64,000 nucleotides of DNA. It comes from Epiperipatus broadwayi. Lineage: Eukaryota > Animalia > Onychophora. A model generated the notes under the pieces. The model had not been told where the DNA came from and did not search any database. It saw only the letters and a program-made list of their open reading frames with translations. The DNA lies in NCBI GenBank assembly GCA_028023455.1, contig JAQFVV010000005.1:21576001-21640000 (forward strand). Reading direction: 5' to 3'. Positions 40,479 to 54,400 of the stretch are shown here, one piece after another (within the stretch, counting starts at the first letter, position 1; each line of letters opens with the position of its first letter). The position numbers and the translations under genes were made by a program.

Positions 40479-43065
40479 TATATATATTCTGTTACCATAT
40501 ATTAATGATATCGCTATCCCTCTTCCTAGTCTTTCTATTGCTCTCTCCATTTCTCTCAGATATAACAAAAACAAAAGAGGTGACATAGGGCATCCTTGCC
40601 TTAGTCCCACTCCATTTTTAATTTTAACTGATTCTATATTTCCTAATTGATACATACAGTAATTATTTTCATACAATCTCTTAATAATATCCACTAAAGC
40701 TCCATTCATTTCCAAATTTACTAAACTTATCCATAATCCAGTTAAACCTCTTGCCTTTTCTGTTTCTTCCCTGCCTCATTCATTTTTTGTAAACCTAATA
40801 TTTCCATTACTATATGCTTTTATGTTTGTTATCACTCTGTCCTTCACATCTAACATCTTTTCTATATTTATTACATCGTTATTTAAGATTGTCTCTAATT
40901 CTTCTCTAGAGCTACACTCTTTTTCCTCATCATCTAGTAATATTATCTCTCCCCTAAATTCCCTTTTTAAATCTATTTCCAAAATTTTTACTTCCATCTC
41001 TTTCACTTTTATTAATATCCTCCAATAATTTGCTATTTAATTTTATTCTTTAGCCAGCTTCTTTTTTAAAAATAGTTTTCCCATTTAATATTAACATCTC
41101 TTTCACTTTCTTTGTTTTTAATAGCACATTTATATTCTCTGTATACTTTTCCTCTCTCTTTTACACTTTTACTAATTCTCACTTGTCTATCCTAAAACCC
41201 TATTTGCCACTGTTTCTACTTCACCACACCAGTCCTTATATTCATCCCAAACAAAGTCTTCCATGATTTCTTCTACTTTTATTTTATATTGTTCTAACTT
41301 ATTTTTATCATTCATTCTCCATCCACATCTTTCACTATCCTTTCTACTTTGACTACTATTTTCCATCATGTTACTAACCATTTTTATTATAAAGAAATTA
41401 TGATCTAGATACTCTCTCTTTATTATCAAACAGTTTAATTTTCCATACTTTATTCATTCTCTCTTTCTCTAGTAATGTGTGAGTATATTATTTCTTCACT
41501 CTGTGTATTGTCTCTCATAAATATTTGATAAATTTCCAGTGCTCAAGTTCAGTCTGTGACAAAAAAATTTCAAAAGCTGTTCATTCTTGTTATCCAAATC
41601 ATCAATTTTTTCAATATGCCCATTTATATCCCTTATAACCATTAATTTCTTCCTTTTTTTTTGAAACTCTGTATATCCTTAACTAGGCATTCATATATGC
41701 TACTGTTCCACTCAATTATAATTTGACTATCTTCAGTGGCCATATACACTATAGCCAACATCCCTTTTTGTTTTCCTAACCTTTTCTCAACCACAAATAT
41801 TCTTGCCACTTAACAGTATTTAAATATTTTTTTGACATAACTTCTATACCATTACCTTTTATTTCTATTTATACCTTGCCATACCAAGACTTTCAGTGTA
41901 GATTCCTTTCTTAGATGTGTTTCCACTATTGTCTTGCATATTCAAATATTCAATTTTAACAATTTCTTCTTTTTTTATTGCCATTTTATAATTCTTTTGA
42001 CTCTTTCTTCTCTATTACATTTGTAATTACTTATTTATCATTAATTTTCCAGACCCATTCCCTCTCCACATCTACATTTATATTTAAATCAGCTACCCTT
42101 TGTTTATTTCTTACATCCCATCAATTCTCCTTCTTTTTGATAATACTGCAATTTAAAACTCTATTCCCCTTTATAAGTTTCCCAAACTATATTTTTTATA
42201 AATCAATCCCCCTAATGCTTCACTTTCTTGTTTTTCTAAATGCAATCCATTTTTACTATATATCTCCCTCTTACTAATAAAAAAATCCCACACATCCACA
42301 AACATAATATTATTTCTCTCATATATTTTTTTCAATGTCTCACTGATAGATCATGCCCTATCTAACATATACCTATTGTTGAATCTTGGTGGTAATCCAA
42401 CTAGTTCTACTCTTTCTTTAATCTTATTCAAATTACTAAATTAATTATTTGTAATCATCCATTACTCTCTCTGATGGCTCTGACAAATTATTGTCCCTAC
42501 CATAACATAAACATCTCTATTCCTTTGCTTATTTATCTTATCTGTAATATCCATAATTCTAGATCCAGGCAAACATACTCTTACATACCTATTTCTATTT
42601 TCTCTTGCAATTACATTTCCACGTCCTCTAATTTGTCTCTTATCAATTCTGTCTTATAGTTTACTTTCCCTACTTCATCATTAACATTCTCTTCGACCTT
42701 TTGGACTTTTTAATCTAGTTCTTATTTATCATTTCTATTCATTAAATCGTTGATCTGTTCATACTTCATCTCCAATGATTTTAATTTTACTTCTACATCC
42801 TTTACCTCTTCCTCTATCTTATTTATTCTTTGGCTAACTATCTCCATTGCACTACTTATTTGGACATCCATATCTCTTGACCCTCCACTAAATACATACT
42901 TTATTCTATCTTTCTTAACTACATTTTCCTCCAATTCTCTTGACTTTTTCATTAAACTATCTATATTTAGAAACAATTTTTTCACCTCTTTTATCACATT
43001 TATACATGGCAACCTGCTTAGAATTAAAAATGTATATAATTAAATCAAGGAAAAAATATAAATCA

Positions 43066-43498
43066 TTAGTAATTTTGATTAAATGATGGCAAAACTCTCC
43101 ATACAGTAGTGCCACCCTGTGCCAAACAGAGTAATCAATGGATGCCAGAAGGCTTAGATTGAAAATATTATTGTGTTTTCAATTTCATTCTCATAGTTTT
43201 GTAGTAAAGTAGAGTTAAAAGGTGTTTGCTGGAGGGTTGCATTAGATCCTAAGATCTAGGTGCAGTGCTCTCAGATCCAAGGCTACTCACTGATGATGGC
43301 CACAAGCCAGAAACTAGTCTGGGAATATTGGATGAGTAGACACTAGATAGGGATTTTATGCACAAGCCTTCTAGCATCCATTGATTACTCTGTTTGGCAC
43401 AGGGTAGCACTACTGTATGGAGATTTTTGCCTTTGTTTACAACAATTATGTGCTAGTATAGAGATGGTGATCATGTGATGTTTAGTAATTTTGATTAA
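43066..43498. mobile_element. Family B palindrome (tail on the right)
   Basis: 17-bp direct repeat ttagtaattttgattaa; short left arm 43088-43155, long + copy to 43481. Confidence 0.9.
43284..43325 (+). ncRNA. Minimal type I hammerhead ribozyme (family B)
   Basis: UACUCA-CUGAUGA-UGGC cacaa GCCA-GAAAC ua GUC^-UGGGAA; ACUAGU palindrome in stem III. Confidence 0.8.
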
Positions 43499-44013
43499 TT
43501 ATATCTAAATCATATAAGTATGATTATTTAACTGCTAAGTGGCACATTTTGGATAATCATCTTTTTTAAATAGTGGAATACCAGTACTAAAATCAAGTTT
43601 TTTAGCATATTAGACAACATATTGGAAATACAAGTCAGAATTTTTTTATCATAATATTTTTCTTAGTTTGCTGAAAGCTGACTGGTTAGTAATTTTATTT
43701 TATTCTCAAATACCACATGACCCATTTAATTTATTCTATCTGCATTATATAATAGTGACATTTATTTTCAGCCACTCTTTTGTATGCTCTGAATAACAGC
43801 TTCCATCTATCGAAAATGAAAGAAATTTTTGAGGTGTTGACTACAGTACCATCTAGTGTTCACTATTTAAATAAAATTACCAATGAAAATAAGTATCACT
43901 TTTAATAATTATATTTTATTTTTACAATTACAGATTATTTTGTTTTTTATACATATAAATTGTATAATTTAAAATTGTTTCTTTAGAAAATATATATGTG
44001 TTATTCTCCATAG

Positions 44014-44143
44014 TTTATGAAGAGTTCTTCAACTAATACTCACAACAGTATGTTGAGCAAAATCTTTCAAAAGAAGATGGAATTTTTTGAAGAAACTGCA
44101 TTGCCAGATATTATTGATCGATTTTCTAAAGATCTTGCTAAAT
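44014..44143 (+). CDS. ABCC exon: TMD2 intracellular coupling helix
   Basis: ctccatag|TTT...AAA T|gtgagt, phase 0-1; HNSMLSKIFQKKMEFFEETALPDIIDRFSKDL versus canonical HxxLxxxILRxPMxFFDTTPxGRILNRFSKD. Confidence 0.9.
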
Positions 44144-45459
44144 GTGAGTGGTTTTATTGTAATTTTACTTAATAATAGTAGTTTAAATAATGATACACGC
44201 AAACATACACATTAAATCATAGTTTATACAATAAAGAAATCTCTTAGGCATCTAAATTTTTTGCATTAATCAAGTAATTGTTTTCCATAATATATCATGC
44301 AGATTTAATTTTGGATTATCAATCTTGTGTATACATGCTCACACATATAAATAGCTTAATTAAGCTCTAATTCATAGCTTCTCTATATTTCTTTAATAAA
44401 TTCCTATAGTTCATCCAATATAAGTATTCAAATATTCAGAAACCAAATTAGTTTTACTCAAGTGCTTGATGGGAAGAGTTTTCAGAAGCATTGTGGAAAC
44501 TATAAAAACATTGCTGATGTCAAATGATTATTGCTTGAGCTGTGCTTTTGAAATAGTTCCAGAAAAATGATATAAAATTTCCCATGATTCAAACCCACTG
44601 CAAAGGACAGAATCTCGAATTCCGAATATTTTTCTATCTCATCATAAGCACTGCAAGAAATCTGAATTCATAGTAAGTTAAAAAGTAAAAAATCAACCTT
44701 TAAATTACCCACAGTAGTTTTGAATAAAATTTTTGATAATAGTTTAATATGTTTATGGATGAATCGTGAATATACTTGTGAGATTTGGTTGCAAGTTTTG
44801 GTTTATATACCCAAAATTTGTGGATATTTGAAACTTTTTATAATATGATCTTTGACAACTCACATTTATGTACGTACTTTTATATGGATGGGCAATCTTT
44901 TCAGCTGGCAGGTCAATTTCCACTTGCCCTTTTTAAATGAGGGCCATTATTATTAATGATTGTTCCATATCTGATGACAATTTTTTCAATTTACCGTGTA
45001 ACTATTCTTCATGACATATTTATATTCTCAATTTTTTTTATGTTCTGGACAGATTAATTCTACAGCAACTAGGATGCATTCATTTATAAACTCTCTTTCA
45101 GAAAATGTTTTTTATATATATATAAAAAGTAATTTGCTTTCACAAAATTTTGTTTGGACTTTTTATGAGACATAAACAGTGTTTTTTATTAACTGAAATA
45201 CTTTCCCGACATATCAGTCACATCAATTTACATATATTGATTCATTTCTATTAAAATATGCAACTTTCTGTGTCAATATTTTTTACTTTACTAGGTATAG
45301 CCATCATCATTAAAAAATAAATAAATGCAGAATAATAAAACAAAGTAAAATTCTAGTTTTATTTTTTTTTAATATATAGTTAGTCTGCAAAATACATGCG
45401 AGATATGTTACCATTTCAACTACCTTGCTGATTGTTTTAACATTAAATACTCTTACAGA

Positions 45460-45850
45460 TAAAGTTAGAGAATTTTCTTGCATTCTAACAGAAAAACTCT
45501 CCATACAGTAGTGCCACTTAGTGCAAGCCTGCTTTAACCGCTTGAGCAAGCATAAGAAATGGTGGTCATTGCATTAGACTTTGCATTCACTGCTCTTCAC
45601 ATTAGTACACACTGCACTTTACAATAATGTGCTGCTGCTCAACGACGCACACACGGCTATTATTCAGTTTTTATTTGGCTTAATTTGTGTGCTTTGTCAA
45701 TTAACATTCTTTTATCCAATTCTGCATACTTGCATTGCTAAATTTTCTAGACTGTCTTGAGTGAATTTTTTTTTCTTGTGTGATCAGTATGTACACATAC
45801 ATACCAAAAAGATTTTATTAGCAACTTTACAATACATATGTACATATTAT
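45460..45850 (+). repeat. Unclassified interspersed repeat; second copy at about 50770-51100
   Basis: Shared ataaagttagagaat...cattgcatta...ctaaattttctaga blocks. Confidence 0.6.
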
Positions 45851-46199
45851 AGTCAGACATAGCACTACCTCTTCTCACTTTCTAAAATAATGCACAGTTA
45901 ATCACATATATAGTCTTTTAATTTTTTACGTCTTCTGCCCTCTTATAGTATGTCTAGGAGAAGATATTGGCTGCACTTCCTTGATCTAACAGTTGCTGCT
46001 TAACTCCACGGATATATCATGAGGGTTTAAATTTAAAGAATCTTCTTCATTTAGTTCAATTATAAGCATTTCTTCTGCTTGAGTTTCAGATGAGGCTCCA
46101 TCATATGCATTATCTCTTACAGGATCAAACACACCAGCTCAATCTGTCCTAATGGCTCACTTAACTGCCTTTTCATGTGATCAGTGTATCTTCTGACAT

Positions 46200-49100
46200 G
46201 TTTGCTCTCAGCCAATTTTATTACATGTAATTGTTTAGTCAGAATTTTTGTCACATCTCTCTTAAAGTATCCCGTATCCAAACTGTTTCTCTTACATTGA
46301 ACTTGATATTTTCTAAATTAGTCTCCCTTTTCTCATTCTTATATGATATCAATACAGAGATGTGAGTTCTGAAATGACATTTCATTAACATTTCTGCTGG
46401 CGACCTTTTATTAGTTGTACTTAGCATAAAATGCTGATAAAACATGGTAGCAGTCAAAGCTTCATAAATATCAATATATTTGCATCTTTTTCGATGTAAG
46501 TTTCACTCATTGCATGGCTTTTTCTGCTAATCTATTAGACTCCAGGTGAAATAAGAATGTTAAAGTATGTCATATAAGTTTATTAGTAAGAAAATCTTTC
46601 AATTGCTATGATACAAATCTTGCACTGTTTTCAGAAACAGTCATTTCAGTTATGCATGAGTAGCAAATTGTTTATTTAACACTTTTATGGTGTTTTCTGC
46701 ATTTGTTTCTTTACCATTTGGTATTCAGTTCATTTTTAAAAATAAACAAAAATTCATATAACTCTACAACATTAGCCAAAAAACAAAATTATATTAAAAT
46801 TCTTCCACAACCATGGATTCATTTATAATAACTAGACTGGTTAATAGATTACACCATGATTGTGGAAGAATTTTAGTAAAATTTTGTTTCTTGGCCAGTA
46901 TTGTAGGGTTGTTTTTTATGATTACTGATATAGTGTTAGACAGTATTTAATTTTCATTTTGAAATCCAATTTTAATATATTTCAATAATTGCTAGGAATA
47001 CCTCTGTGGAATACTCTTGTACAATCTATATATCCTTTGTCAAAATTTTGTAGTTTGTGATCCTAATTCCAACTCTTTTACAGGTAGCCTCACCATTGAT
47101 TTATAGGCTTTGGATCCCTTTACAGCTTGCTCTATATTATTGTTCACATTAAGTCATTATACATAAGATCTGGCCTACCTCATTGGTTTTGACTATTCCA
47201 GAATGTCCTTTATGCACTAGATATGACATATCTCTTCTCCTATCATTTATGCAATCATTCATTAATATAAATCCATTACACATTAACTGACTATCATAGA
47301 TATTCCAGATGGACTGAACTACATATTTAGTTATTTTTAGGCTGTCTTTTTATCCATTACCTGATTAGCTGACATCTTGAATCTTTTTTCATTTAGCCAT
47401 AATTATACTGTGCACCATCTTTTATTGAATCAATTTAGTTTGTTTCAGTAACTCAGGGCTCAGGTTCCCAAGTGTCCAGTATCCTTAATAGAGCATCAAC
47501 ATGAGTAATTTTCTTATTTGGATTATTTATTAATTTGAAGTCATAGAAAGCGAAAATGTTATTCTATCTTAATATTCATTGAGTTGCTTGGTCTGCAATC
47601 TTTTTCAAATTTCCAATATTTTTAAGAGAGGTCTCTGATCCATAAAGATTTTGAAAATATGTCCATATATGTATTAGTAAAATTTCTTAATAATAAACAT
47701 GATAGTTAAAGCTTCTTTATTCAGTTGGCTATAGTTTTTCTCAGCATCTGATAAAATTCTGGATGCATATGCAATAGTATGTTTGTCTCCTTAAACTTTA
47801 GAAAAAATTACAGCACTAACTCTATATTCTGAAGTCTCATTTGTAATGAGTATTCATTGATCAAGTTGATTTGATGTTAGAAAATCTTTTGCTCTCTTGA
47901 ATTGTCTATCCTGCTGGATTCTCACCTTCCATCATTAAGTCTTCTTTTGCAATTTATAGAGTGGAGTTGCAACATGAGATTTTCCCCTCAGGAAACTCAA
48001 CAAAATTTAGTAATCCAAGGAAAGCTTGCAAATTCTTAACATGTTTAGGCTTCAAAGCACTTGTTACTGCTCTAACCTTTCCTGGATTTAGATAACTTCC
48101 TTTGTCTATAATAATATGACTAAGGAATTTTATTTTTCGAGTCACCCATATGCACTTTGTTGCATTTAGTTGAGCTCCAATTTTTTCTAACTTTTCACAT
48201 ATAGTGTTAATGCATTTTCTGAGCTCACTTTCCATCTCATCAGTTATCAGGATGTTGTCCAAATATGGTATGATTTTTTCTATTCCCTTCAACAGGTTGT
48301 TTATCTTTGTTTAGAACACATTTGGGGTTATTGTTATTCTGTAAGAGAGTTTGTGTACTTAAATAATCCTACGTGTATATTGATAGTTAAGAGCTCAGTT
48401 GTTCTAGTTGTAACTGGAATATGGAATGTGAATTGCAAGTCTATTTTAGCAAAATATGAAGTTGTTTTAAATGAAGTTAACACTTCTCAAATGCTTGAAA
48501 CTGGGTATATTCTTATATTTATGTTTTTATTCACAGTTACACACATAAATACATAGTCCCATCAGGTTTTTGAATGGCAACTATTGGTATCACCCAAGCT
48601 GACTTTTTAATAGGTGAAATTATATGCCTCTTTCAATTAAATCATTTAGTTCCTCTTCCACTTTAGGTTTTAAAGCAATTAGTACTTTTTGCAGATGACC
48701 AATTGAGAGTTAATAATATCAACCAGTTGCATCTTCAACTCTGCTGAATCTGTCTTGAACAGTTGTTGAAATTTACCACAGATTTTAAATTCTAATAGGA
48801 TTTTCTTTATAATTTTGATTCTAATTCCAAGAGGCTTGAAATAGTTATAGCCTAAAATAGGGCTTAGATTCCTTGAGACAATATATAAAGGTAAGTTTTT
48901 TTTTATTATCCTGTTGACTTTTACTGGCACTGTTACAATCCCTTCGATATTAATCTGGTTTCTATTCATGTCTGTTGCCATTAAATTCATTTTGTTGATC
49001 TGTAAATGTGTTTTAAATTTTCTTGTAATTATTATTTAATCACTTAGTGAAATAAGAGACAGGTGTGCCCCAATATCATTTTGCATACTGATTCTTTGCC

Positions 49101-49870
49101 CACAAATTTTTACATTCAATAATTTGCTATTATCATCGCTTTCTTTTATTTGCTTAACTTTAGTTTCTCCTAATTCCTTCCCTCAACTTACATTCCATTC
49201 ATAAATCCTCTGTACTTTTTCTCTCCTTATTTTTGCAAACTCAGGATGAATGACATTGCAGGTCACACATACAGCAATTTTCATTTTTGAATTTCCATAT
49301 TTTCTTAATGTGTTCTTTAGCCTTGAAAATATCAACATGGGTAGACTTCATCCATAATACTCCAATCTGCCATGTTTGCTTTATTTTATATTAGGTTTCT
49401 TAACTTCACTTGTATTTTGGAATTCTGTGACATTTTCTAAACTGACCTCAAACAGTATACCTTTTTTTATAGTACCAATGTATGTTAATGCAGTCTCAGT
49501 AGAATTTGATTGTGCTTCATACATACCCCAAAGCAACTGGTTCAGTAGCATATCTTCTAACTCAGCCTTGAAATTGAATTCTTTAACCAGTACCCACAAA
49601 CCCAAGTTGAACTCTTATATGTTTTTATGTGATGACTGTACTCTATTTTGAAAATGTAGATGCACTATGGTTGGAAGTGTGTATTCATCTGTTATATCAA
49701 TTCTTTATATGGAGTATCTACATCTATGCTTGCCTCTCACATGAATGTTGAGGTTTTTAATTTGTTATCTACAGTATTCCTTAATCATCATTTATGTTTC
49801 AACATGGGCAACATATATTTGCCATTCTGCTGCAATGTTGTCATCAAACAGAGTTAGAGAGCTGTTTTCC
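46200..49870 (-). mobile_element. Decayed Ty3/Gypsy internal region (gag-PR-RT-RH-IN)
   Basis: PYLDNILI (YLDD-like), FLGLLNF, IAYASRILSDAEKNYSQ, SPAEML; no LTRs identified. Confidence 0.85.
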
Positions 49871-50086
49871 AAAACCATGTTTGATTTTTCATTAATTCAA
49901 CACTAATCCGTAATGCCCTTCAAGGTTTTTATTTATAATAAAGAGTTCCAATACTCAATTTCTTTTAATTGTCAATATGCACCATTCTGCTATATATAGG
50001 GGCAATATTGACATTATTCAGAAGTAGAAAGATCAATATGTATTTTAGAAATAAATATACAAGTCACAAATTTAAAACTTAACAAT

Positions 50087-50561
50087 ATATTGGACTATTT
50101 CTATCATCTAATATAAGTATTGAATATCTTAGACAAATTTAACTTTATTTAAATATTCCAAATATTCAACTGTTAGTATTAGCACATCAAACAGGTTAGA
50201 ATATGCACAACATTTTGAGAGGTATTATTTCCCCCTCCTCTTCAGGTGTTGCTGGCCTGACCAGTGATAGTACTAGCATGGGATTCGAACCTGGTTTCTT
50301 AGATTCTTTATTATTGAATTTTAAGGCAACACTCTAAACAACTGAGTCCCAGATTCAAATTCCATGCTAGTATTGTCACTGGTCAGGCCAGTAACACCTG
50401 AAGAAGAGGGGATATTAATACCTCTCGAAATATTGTGCATATACTAACCTGTTTAATGTGCTATTACTAACAATTGAATGTATTTGGAATATTTAAATAA
50501 AGTTAAAATGTTCTAAATAAATTGAATACTCATATTAGATAATGGAAATAGTCCAATATAT
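50087..50561. mobile_element. Family G palindrome with tRNA-like head and decayed hammerhead
   Basis: Arms about 50087-50291 / 50351-50561; A box and B box (GGTTCGAATCCC) on -; CUGAAGA...GAAA at about 50398-50430. Confidence 0.75.
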
Positions 50562-50619
50562 AAATATAACTGAAACACCATCACTACAAACCTTCAGTAA
50601 AACACTAAAGTGTATTTAA

Positions 50620-50622
<3 letters not shown>

Positions 50623-50689
<67 letters not shown>
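50623..50689. repeat. (AT)n microsatellite
   Basis: Pure AT run. Confidence 0.95.
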
Positions 50690-50694
<5 letters not shown>

Positions 50695-51195
50695 ACAAAT
50701 TAGTAGATATGTTAGTATTTCACCTAGCTTACTTTCTAGTCATTTTAACAGTAAATAATAATCTTGCAAATAAAGTTAGAGAATCTTCTTGCATTCTCTC
50801 GTCACTGTACTAAATGTACATTTCATTGCATTATACTCTGCATATACTGTTTTTCACATTAGTGCACATTGCACTTCACAGTAATACATGGCTAGTGGTT
50901 GGTTTATCAGTTTTTACTTAGCTTAATTTTATAATAGTTCATATTTGCATACTTTTTATCCACTTCTGCATACTTACATAGCTAAATTTTCTAGAGTGTC
51001 TTGAATATTTTATATTTGTTCCTGTCTGACCAATATATATGCAACACTCTACAAAGATTTTATTACCAACTTTATAATACATATTTTAGTCTGACATAAC
51101 AGAATCCAATTAACTATTAAGATTTTTTTTTAGTATATAACTATAGCATTAAAATGTAATTTTTTAATTTTCAAATATTAATTTTATTTTTTTAG

Positions 51196-51478
51196 GGGAT
51201 TCTACAATTGCCTTTTTAACTGCAATATTTCTTAGTCGTTTCTTATATATTTTGGGTGGTTTAATGCAATTTGTCATTGCACAGAAAATTGTGTTAAGCA
51301 TTATATTACCATGTGCATTGCTTTTCTTTTTTCTGCATCAAAAGCTATGTGAAGTCATAGGAACCTTGAAGGTAACTAAATCATGCTTCAGACTGAAGAT
51401 GGTAAATGATATATCATCTTTTGCCAAAGGTATTGGTTCCATTAGAGCATATGAACTTCAGAAATTATTTATTAAACG
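51196..51478 (+). CDS. ABCC exon: TMD2 helices and GLxTIRAY motif
   Basis: ttttag|GG GAT...AAA CG|gtaatt, phase 1-2; WDSTIAFL...LHQKLCEVIGTLKVTK...SSFAKGIGSIRAYELQKLFIKR. Confidence 0.85.
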
Positions 51479-54400
51479 GTAATTTTTTACTTAGTGTCAA
51501 GTTTATAATTAATATATAAATTTATGCATAAAGATATAACTAGTATTTAAACAACAACTTACATTTTTGCATTATGTAGTATTACTTCTATTTTAAGTCT
51601 GCCTAATATATAATCATGTAATGTGACCCAGTGAACAGGTGACTGATTCATTTTCTCTGTTTCCTGCTGTTCCAACTCTGAATCAACAAATGTGTTATGT
51701 AGCAACATAGTTTAGTTATTCATAACAAATATTTTAAAATGTTCACATGTCTGGATCATTAGTAAAAAGTCAATATGTGATAGTTTATACCTTCATCTAT
51801 CATCTTCAGTGCTCTCCCTGCCATCACAAACTCTTATAAATCACTCAAAAATGTTTTTGCAATACATGGCTTCATTACCATACACAGTTTGAATCACAGT
51901 TTTGTCCAGTTTAAAGCAAAATTTAATGTTAGTGCATTGTTCTATTGTGGTTTAAGATATAAATGTACTGTCTTAACTTATAAACCAGACCTGCTACCAC
52001 CTTAAAACGTTTGTGGTGAATAGATAACTTGTGCATTAATTTAGAGATGGCATTTGGCATTGCAAATGGTATGGAGAGAGAATCAGTCATCTTTTTATTG
52101 ATACATACTGTGTATTTGTCTACAGATTTTACTTGACTTCAAGTTAAGAGCTAATTCTACTAATTCATTTATACATTGTTTGTTACTCATGAAAGAAGAA
52201 GGATGCATTTGGATCCAAATCTCATAACCTTTAAATAGCTCACTTTATTATAAAGACTTTTCAAATAGACCTTTATAGAGGAACTGTGAAGGGAAATGTG
52301 TTACAAGTTTTTCCAATTAATAAGGTGAGAATGTGGGAAGTTTGTCATTTTATTTAGTTCCTTAGATGTGAGTGGTTAGTATCATTACTAAGTAATATTT
52401 GATAGCAACCCAATCTTAAAGTAAAACCCTAAGCCTGGTTGAAACTCATTTAAAAGTTTTACTTGTCCCAGGTTTAAGTCCAGATCATAAAAAAATATAC
52501 TGCACATTTTTCAAAAAGATCAAAGATAACTGCCATCAATTATAATATGAGATCATTAAAATATTTAGTTAGTAAACTTGTCTCATACAGCCTAACTTCA
52601 AAAAATAGAAAGTAGATGTACATTGCTTGAACAAAAGACAAATAGTCCCAATGTAATGTGGAAGTCTGTAGCCAATAGTTGCACTGCTCATGCCCAAATC
52701 TTAAAATCAAAATGTGAGAAGATAGATGTTGCCATAATCTACTTCACATGAGTTTTTTTATCCAGAAAATATAGATAGAAAGTAGGTTTATTGATAAAAA
52801 TCCCTTAGATTATTAAAAAATTTCATTTCATTTATTTAGACCACATAATTACTATAAAAACATATCTTTAAATTTTTCTCCTTCCTAAATAAAGATCAAA
52901 TTCAACTGAATTGGTATGGAAATTTCTGGTCATTGCTATCCCTGCCATCTGGTGTCACATTATTGATAAATAGATATTACAACTATATACGTGATATAGT
53001 TAATTGAAAAAATAACCCATTAAGAAATAAACCTGAAATAGACAAAGAGGCTTGTGAAAGAAAAATTAATTAAAGTAGAAAGTGTTAATTAAAAAACAAC
53101 ATGAGAGTTTAGATAGACATTTTTGTATGAGCTCAATTGCATCATTGAAGTGAAGATGTATATGTTAAGGATTCATAGAGAAGATAGAGTTCAACATATA
53201 TCACTAAGCATTGCATTTGCTAGTCATATCTAGGTTTGATATTACTGATAACATCCAAATCTGGAGTTCAGCAGATAATCGCAGCAAAATTTAGGGAAAC
53301 TGATGCAATACATTAAAATATAAGATATTCCCTTCACTGATTAGAAACCCTCTATGCACCATCATTGACCAATGTAAGAATGTGGTACTTCACTCTGCAA
53401 TGTCCTGATGAGTGGCTGATGTTTTCATATTTCTGAAGCTCATTATTTTTATCCCATGTCATAATTGACACCCAGACTGTAAAATCTCTACTTATAATGC
53501 TTAGAAAATAAAAAATACAACTTTGAATGCTGAGAAGTAAATGTAATCGAAAATTATGCATAAAGAAAATAATATGATGAAATGAAGTCATCAACCAAAA
53601 AAGCCAGCATAATTAAAAATGGTACCTGTCCAAAATATGTACACAAATCCATGGACCCAACCTCTATGCAATTGCAATTATAGAAACTTTTAGGTGAGAC
53701 CATTTATTGGTTTTCTAATATAAAAGTTTTTTCTGTTAACTTTGATTATATTAAAATTGTGTATTTTTCTCTAAAATACGTATTTAAATATCCAACACGT
53801 ATATATTTATATACTTGTTGAATATTTACATTTGGAATAGAGTTGGTAATGTATTTATTCAATATGTATTTAAGTGTTTTATGTTTTACTAATACTTATT
53901 TCTTTTATAATCTTTAATATTCATTTGGTGTATTTCGACAATTATATTGCCTGTATGTAAGAGTTTGAACTTGTTATTTGATTGGAGGCGAAAAAAAAAG
54001 TTTTTACTAGTAGCATTCTCTCTCCTTCGTAAATTGCCTCCTAATTTTTTGCCCCTACCCAGAAGTTACCCTTGAAAATGATATGTCGATATTGACTATT
54101 GTCAGGATTTTACATGTATTTTTATAGAGATATGTTAAACATTAATTTGTGATTTATTTTAAACATTTAACAGTATTTTTTTAATTATATCTACAAAATT
54201 AATATTTTGCAATTGTATGTAAGTATTGCTGGTAATTTATTCAATTAGCAAATTAGTTATATACACTAAACTAGAAATGCTTATTTGTACTTCTATTTCG
54301 ATTTAATTAATAGTATCATTAAAATATTTGGTTTTGTTATATTAAAAAATGTTTACTTCTTTAATCATCATTCCGTTCTATATCTGGGGGACACATTTAG

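Larger units (their letters stand above)
38630..43015 (-). mobile_element. Decayed near-full-length LINE (coiled-coil ORF1, APE endonuclease, RT, C-terminal CCHC)
   Basis: YLDHNFFI (SDH-like), GLRQGCPMSPLLF, YNYLEI (YKYLG-like), CKLC...EC; many stops and frameshifts. Confidence 0.85.

Noticed and set aside
51372-51373. Strong donor AAG|gtaact inside an exon
   Set aside because: Homology continues through GIGSIRAY to 51478, and only that donor matches the phase of the next exon.
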